Of a DNA stretch of 31,161 nt, positions 26,505-31,161 are shown piece after piece. The translations under genes and the position numbers were made by a program. Every line of letters starts with the position of its first letter. Position 1 is the first letter of the stretch. The notes beneath the pieces were generated by a model. The model did no database searches, was not told the origin of the DNA, and saw only the letters and a list, made by a program, of their open reading frames with translations. Source of the DNA: a virus (Duplodnaviria > Caudoviricetes); the IMG/VR virus record IMGVR_UViG_3300012663_000606, positions 1-31,161 of that record; one strand, written 5' to 3'.

Positions 26505-27127
26505 TGGAATTGAAAAAAGAACAACTAAAGCAATTACTTCCTAAAAACCCTTATATCGACCAATGGCATAGTGCATTGAGTCAATTATTACCAGATTATG
26601 AAATCAACACACCACAACGTGTTGCTGCTTTCTTGGCACAATGTGCTCACGAATCTGGTGAGTTCATGTTTCTTAAAGAGAACTTGAATTACAAGGCTGC
26701 ATCACTACGTAAGGTGTTTCCAAAGTATTTCCCTGATGATTTGATTGCACAGAAATATGCCTCACTTCCTAATAAGGCAGAAGCGATTGCAAACCGTGTC
26801 TACGCCAACCGCATGGGTAACGGACCAGAATCTTCTGGTGATGGTTATAAATTCTGTGGCCGTGGTCTAATTCAATTGACTGGACGTGACAACTATACAT
26901 TCTTTGCGGGTTCACTACAAATTTCTGTTGAAGAAGCGTCCGAATATCTACAAACATTTGAAGGCGCGGCACAATCTGCATGTTGGTTCTGGGAAACAAA
27001 CAACCTAAATCAGTTTGCTGACAAAGGTGATATCGTTACCATGACAAAACGAATCAACGGCGGCACCATTGGTTTGGAAGACCGTATTAAACATTACGAA
27101 CATGCGTTACATGTGTTTGGTGTTTAA
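26504..27127 (+). CDS. Glycoside hydrolase family 19 endolysin
   Basis: AAFLAQCAHES, ENLNY, NRMGNG, GRGLIQLTGRDNY, TKRINGG; TAATG-coupled start at 26504. Confidence 0.95.
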   Translation: MELKKEQLKQLLPKNPYIDQWHSALSQLLPDYEINTPQRVAAFLAQCAHESGEFMFLKENLNYKAASLRKVFPKYFPDDLIAQKYASLPNKAEAIANRVYANRMGNGPESSGDGYKFCGRGLIQLTGRDNYTFFAGSLQISVEEASEYLQTFEGAAQSACWFWETNNLNQFADKGDIVTMTKRINGGTIGLEDRIKHYEHALHVFGV

Positions 27128-27128
27128 T

Positions 27129-27563
27129 ATGAAAAAGATTCTAATTATTTTAGCACTTTTGCCATGTTTGGCATTTGCACAAAAGCAAAAAGATGGTGTC
27201 ACATATGATGCTGTAATCACACGTGTGATTGATGGCGACACTGTGGCATTTCAAGCACCATTTCTACCTGCTCCACTCAAACAAGAACTTTCTATCCGAG
27301 TATTTGGTGTTGACACACCAGAAAAAGGATTCAGAGCAAAATGTCCTAGTGAAGATGTGAGAGGACAAGCCGCTTCCGCTTTTACTAAGGCTCAGATTAA
27401 TGCATCAAGTAAGAGACAAATTATCCTCATGGATTGGGATAAGTATGGTGGTCGTGTCTTGGGCGATGTATTACTGGATGGTAAAAGTCTTCGTATGATG
27501 TTAATCCAAAATGGCTACGCCCGTGAATATTACGGCGAAGCGAAAACTTCATGGTGCGAATAA
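27129..27563 (+). CDS. Thermonuclease (SNase-like) with signal peptide
   Basis: MKKILIILALLPCLAFA signal; VIDGDT, IRVFGVDTPE, DKYGGRVLG, LIQNGYAREY. Confidence 0.92.
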   Translation: MKKILIILALLPCLAFAQKQKDGVTYDAVITRVIDGDTVAFQAPFLPAPLKQELSIRVFGVDTPEKGFRAKCPSEDVRGQAASAFTKAQINASSKRQIILMDWDKYGGRVLGDVLLDGKSLRMMLIQNGYAREYYGEAKTSWCE

Positions 27564-27564
27564 A

Positions 27565-27849
27565 ATGAATGACAAAAAAGTAGCAAAGTGGTTTGTGGTG
27601 TTACTGTTCTTGCCTCTAGCGTTGGCAATTTTCAGTGGCGATAGATTCCGCTATCCATGCCAAGACTCAGAAAACTGGGATAAAGATTTTTGCAAAATGC
27701 CAATATGTGATGTGACAAGAACCTGTCCTGAACATATTTTCAAGGGTCAACGTGACCCTAGATTAGGACCTCCAAAAGATGGACAAACTCAAACAATTAC
27801 TCCAGTACCTCAAGCAACACCCACACAAGGAGCAACCTGTGCAAAATAA
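27565..27849 (+). CDS. Small membrane-anchored Cys-rich protein
   Basis: N-terminal TM, then DRFRYPCQD...C...C...CPE. Confidence 0.7.
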   Translation: MNDKKVAKWFVVLLFLPLALAIFSGDRFRYPCQDSENWDKDFCKMPICDVTRTCPEHIFKGQRDPRLGPPKDGQTQTITPVPQATPTQGATCAK

Positions 27850-28303
27850 TCAACAAGATTTTATCTATACCGAAGAGCAGTTGATGGCTCGACTGAAATT
27901 CTTTATCGGTATCTGTCTATCACTGACATTATTCGGTATTGTGTTTGTTGTGTTGTACTCACTTATTTTTGTGACACAGCCATTGAATGCTATTTCTCCA
28001 ATTGACCAAAAATTCTTTGAGTTGATTATTCCTATCGCCACATTCTTGACAGGTACACTATCAGGTATCATGTTGGCAGGCGGTGACAAAGATGCACAAA
28101 AGCAAGCACTTGCAGCCGCTAACAAAGGATGGGATAAACCTCCAACACCAATTGCTGTTGAGAAGTCTTCTCCTGCACCAACATTCACACCTGGCATTTC
28201 AACAACGCCAGCAATTGTGCCAGCACAATCATTCACACCATCAGTAACAACAGGCTTTGGTGGCAAAGAAGCACCTGTTCAACCACCACATCCAGAGATT
28301 TAA
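27839..28303 (+). CDS. Two-TM membrane protein, holin-like, Pro/Thr-rich tail
   Basis: Likely GTG start at 27839 after AAGGAG; two hydrophobic helices; lysis context. Confidence 0.6.
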   Translation: MQNNQQDFIYTEEQLMARLKFFIGICLSLTLFGIVFVVLYSLIFVTQPLNAISPIDQKFFELIIPIATFLTGTLSGIMLAGGDKDAQKQALAAANKGWDKPPTPIAVEKSSPAPTFTPGISTTPAIVPAQSFTPSVTTGFGGKEAPVQPPHPEI

Positions 28304-28519
28304 ATGTTAAGCGGCATCATTAGCATGTTATCAGATGGTACAAATAATACCATCTCCAGCAAAAGAGTTGTAACGTTTCTTGCGTTTATTTTAGTTTGTA
28401 TTTCATACATTGCAGATCAGTTCTTTGGTTACTCAGCTAAGAGCGCTTTGTTTGATGCTGTGATGTACATTGTAGTTGCAGGATTAGGTTTTACGGCATC
28501 AGAAAAATTTACAAAATAG
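28304..28519 (+). CDS. Small two-TM holin-like protein
   Basis: SSKRVVTFLAF...VAGLGFTASEKF; 71 aa. Confidence 0.6.
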   Translation: MLSGIISMLSDGTNNTISSKRVVTFLAFILVCISYIADQFFGYSAKSALFDAVMYIVVAGLGFTASEKFTK

Positions 28520-28527
28520 GAAGAGTT

Positions 28528-28740
28528 ATGAAAAACATTTTACAATCAATCATTTTAACGTTGTCATTAATCACTTGTGCTTATGCCGATGAACCCAAAG
28601 AAACAACAAAGGTTTGTGTTGACGTTGTTAAAGACGGCAAGCCTGTGTTGGACAAAAAAACTGGTAAACCACAACAACAATGTAAGACAATGAAAGTTCA
28701 CAAGAAACTTGACGGTCATGCGGTACCCGAAAAGAAATAA
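28528..28740 (+). CDS. Small secreted Lys-rich protein
   Basis: Signal peptide ending AYA; Cys pair in the mature part; RBS AGGA. Confidence 0.65.
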   Translation: MKNILQSIILTLSLITCAYADEPKETTKVCVDVVKDGKPVLDKKTGKPQQQCKTMKVHKKLDGHAVPEKK

Positions 28741-28741
28741 T

Positions 28742-29176
28742 ATGGCTAACGACGATGTGGTAGAAATGATGGTAGATGTGGGTGTCCTGAAAACTCAGGT
28801 CACCACAATCACCCAGCTGTGTGATAAAATGGACAAAGTAATAGAGAGGTTGATGGACAACCAGGACCGAATAGTCAATCAAATTTACACAGACATGGAT
28901 AAAAGAAAAAAAGATACCGGTGAGGATATCAAAGAACTACATTCTCGCATTACCACCACAGATAGAAATCTTGGTGATAAGATTGAACTCACTGAACGTA
29001 GAATTATGGAAGAAATTGCCAAACTACGTAAGGATATTTCCGAACATAATAAAAAAGAAGATGACCAGATGAGTAAAATCCTGGAATGGAAGTGGATGGC
29101 TGCAGGTGGCATTTTAGTACTTACATGGTTGCTTTCACACATTAAATTTGATATAATAACAAAACTGTTGAACTAA
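28742..29176 (+). CDS. Coiled-coil protein with C-terminal TM
   Basis: Heptad-rich body, LEWKWMAAGGILVLTWLL anchor; likely start MANDD. Confidence 0.7.
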   Translation: MANDDVVEMMVDVGVLKTQVTTITQLCDKMDKVIERLMDNQDRIVNQIYTDMDKRKKDTGEDIKELHSRITTTDRNLGDKIELTERRIMEEIAKLRKDISEHNKKEDDQMSKILEWKWMAAGGILVLTWLLSHIKFDIITKLLN

Positions 29177-29190
29177 ACTATTATTTTGTT

Positions 29191-30207
29191 ATGTCCGTAT
29201 TGATTGACCGTACCTTCTTACTGAGGGTATCCCCTAAACTTCAAAAATTCTCACAAAAGAAGACCGACCTGTTTAATTTCAGGTGTCCTCTTTGTGGCGA
29301 CTCACAAAAGAACAAAACCAAGTGTCGTGGTTATGTTTACCGAAAAAAAAATGGTTACTTCTATATGTGTCACAATTGTGGCGCATCAACAACCTTCTAC
29401 AACTTCCTAGAAAAAGTGGATGCGAGCCTGCATAAAGAATATGCACTGGAACGTTATAAAGAAAGTGGCGGTAATAACAATACACCAAAACCAGACTTTG
29501 AGGAAGTCAAATCAGATAAACCTGTATTCAAACAGAAGTTAAACTTGCCATCCATTGCGGAGTTACCCGATGGTCACTTTGCCAAAGATTATGTGGTTGG
29601 ACGGAAGATACCAGAACAACAGTATCACAACCTATACTATGCCGAAGACTTTAAGAAGTTTGTGGAAGAGTTGAAGATTGAGATTGAAAACGATAAATTG
29701 AAAGATAGAGATCCACGATTGGTGATACCATTCTATGATGAAGACAAGAATCTGGTGGCACTACAAGGCCGTGCTCTTGGTGAATCTAAAATGCGTTACA
29801 TTACACTCAAAACCGATAGTGAGAATCATAAATTGTTTGGCCTTGACCGAATCAACAAAGAAGAAATGGTTTTTGTTGTGGAAGGTCCCATAGACTCTAT
29901 GTTCTTAGAGAACGCTGTGGCCACCGCCGATTCAAATTTGATGGCCGCTGCTCGGCACTTACCAAAAGACAAGATTGTGTTGGTGTATGACAATGAACCA
30001 CGCAATGCAGAATTACACAAACAAATGGAGAAGGCTATTGAAGACCACTATAACGTGGTAATTTGGCCTGAAATGATTGACGAAAAAGATATCAATGACA
30101 TGATAAAGACTGGATTCTCATCAGACGAATTACAAGATATCATAAGTAAGCACACCTTTGTAAATCTCCGTGCAAAGATGGAATTTGTAAATTGGAAGAA
30201 AACATAA
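29191..30207 (+). CDS. gp61: DNA primase (gp61)
   Basis: Zn-binding RCPLCGDS...CHNC, LVIPF, QGRAL, TOPRIM VEGPIDS, YDNEPRN, KDINDM. Confidence 0.97.
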   Translation: MSVLIDRTFLLRVSPKLQKFSQKKTDLFNFRCPLCGDSQKNKTKCRGYVYRKKNGYFYMCHNCGASTTFYNFLEKVDASLHKEYALERYKESGGNNNTPKPDFEEVKSDKPVFKQKLNLPSIAELPDGHFAKDYVVGRKIPEQQYHNLYYAEDFKKFVEELKIEIENDKLKDRDPRLVIPFYDEDKNLVALQGRALGESKMRYITLKTDSENHKLFGLDRINKEEMVFVVEGPIDSMFLENAVATADSNLMAAARHLPKDKIVLVYDNEPRNAELHKQMEKAIEDHYNVVIWPEMIDEKDINDMIKTGFSSDELQDIISKHTFVNLRAKMEFVNWKKT

Positions 30208-30217
30208 TGAGGAAAAT

Positions 30218-30886
30218 ATGACTGTAAAATTGATTAATTATTCACAGAGTCCGGATGGACTCAATCTTTTGGAACAAGTAGCATACGCAGCACGTGTATC
30301 TAACCCAGCGAACCAAAACAACACCGAGACAGCCGAGAAACTGGTGCGATACTTGATTAAGAATCAGCACTGGAGTCCACTGGAGATGGTTTCCTTGTGT
30401 CTGGAGATTGATACAACAAGAGATATTGCCAGACAAATTCTCCGACACCGTTCATTCTCTTTTCAAGAGTTTTCACAACGTTACGCTGATGCGTCACAAC
30501 TTGGTTTCGAGATCCGTGAGTGTCGCCTACAAGACACAAAGAATCGTCAGAATAGTGTGGCGTTAGATATAAAAGATGATGAACATCGGCGCTTGGCGTA
30601 TCAATGGGAACAATATCAATTGAACATGCAGAAAATGTGTCAGGACACATACCAATGGGCTTTAGATCATGGTATTGCTAAGGAACAAGCTCGTTCTGTC
30701 TTACCAGAAGGCATGACAAAATCACGCATGTATATGAACGGAACTTTGCGTTCTTGGATACACTATATACAACTCCGCAGCGCCAATGGAACACAAAAAG
30801 AACACCAACAGATTGCTCTGGATTGCGCTGCAGCACTAGAACCAATTTTTCCAATGATTAAGGAGTTTATCAATGAAAACACGTAA
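30218..30886 (+). CDS. thyX: Flavin-dependent thymidylate synthase
   Basis: ARVSNP, HWSPLE, RHRSFSFQEFSQRY signature, EQARSVLP, TQKEH. Confidence 0.97.
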   Translation: MTVKLINYSQSPDGLNLLEQVAYAARVSNPANQNNTETAEKLVRYLIKNQHWSPLEMVSLCLEIDTTRDIARQILRHRSFSFQEFSQRYADASQLGFEIRECRLQDTKNRQNSVALDIKDDEHRRLAYQWEQYQLNMQKMCQDTYQWALDHGIAKEQARSVLPEGMTKSRMYMNGTLRSWIHYIQLRSANGTQKEHQQIALDCAAALEPIFPMIKEFINENT

Positions 30887-31161
30887 GGATGTTAAAACTT
30901 TTATGAAAGCGTGTGACCAAAATGAAAGAGATTTTGGTGCTCAAGCAAATCTTTATATGGCATTGGTTATGGAAGAATATAAAGAATTGCTAGTTGCTTT
31001 TGGTAATCGTGACATGGTAGAAATTGCGGATGCGTGTGCGGATTTGAAGTGGGTGATTGAAGGTCTTGAAATCACATTGAACCTTCCACAACAAGCTGTG
31101 TGGGATGAAGTTGCTAGAAGCAATTTAACAAAAATTGACAAAGAAACTGGCAAAGTAATTA
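30873..31161 (+). CDS. MazG/PRA-PH-like NTP pyrophosphohydrolase, truncated at the window end
   Basis: Manual translation MKTRKDVKTFM...EEYKEL...EIADACADLKWV...WDEVARSNLTK. Confidence 0.8.
   Translation, partial: MKTRKDVKTFMKACDQNERDFGAQANLYMALVMEEYKELLVAFGNRDMVEIADACADLKWVIEGLEITLNLPQQAVWDEVARSNLTKIDKETGKVI

Noticed and set aside
30218-30886. ThyX instead of T4-type ThyA as a novelty
   Set aside because: ThyX is well known in aquatic T4-like myophages
1992-31153. Numerous 60-133 aa minus-strand ORFs in the track
   Set aside because: Antisense shadows of well-supported plus-strand genes with biased composition

Overview
AT-rich, densely coded segment of a large T4-like myophage genome with cyanophage/freshwater-myophage gene content (ThyX, GroES, Sm-like gene, DUF6267/cytidyltransferase pair). 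Spanins imply a Gram-negative host. Left to right: GroES-like co-chaperonin; an imperfect tRNA-Met(CAU); a minus-strand late two-gene membrane module; the replication core (gp43, UvsX, gp40-position gene, gp41); DUF4338-like and nuclease-like genes; an 8-gene glycan/sugar-nucleotide cluster; a late block of probable capsid-internal proteins; an expanded lysis cassette with a secreted nuclease; gp61 primase; ThyX; and a truncated MazG-like gene. The best candidate for an undescribed system is the late block at 17128-25818. Five of its proteins start with T4-type capsid-targeting sequences, including a ligase-fold enzyme and a HIGH-nucleotidyltransferase/kinase fusion. Others look like polyproteins of ~50-80 aa modules joined by prohead-protease-type Glu sites, and some modules are bounded by a DNA repeat (GTGRCGGAA, encoding VAE/VTE) suggestive of cassette shuffling. 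A fully overprinted 89-aa ORF with its own RBS lies inside the nucleotidyltransferase gene. All family calls come from motif recognition by eye; no database search was run.
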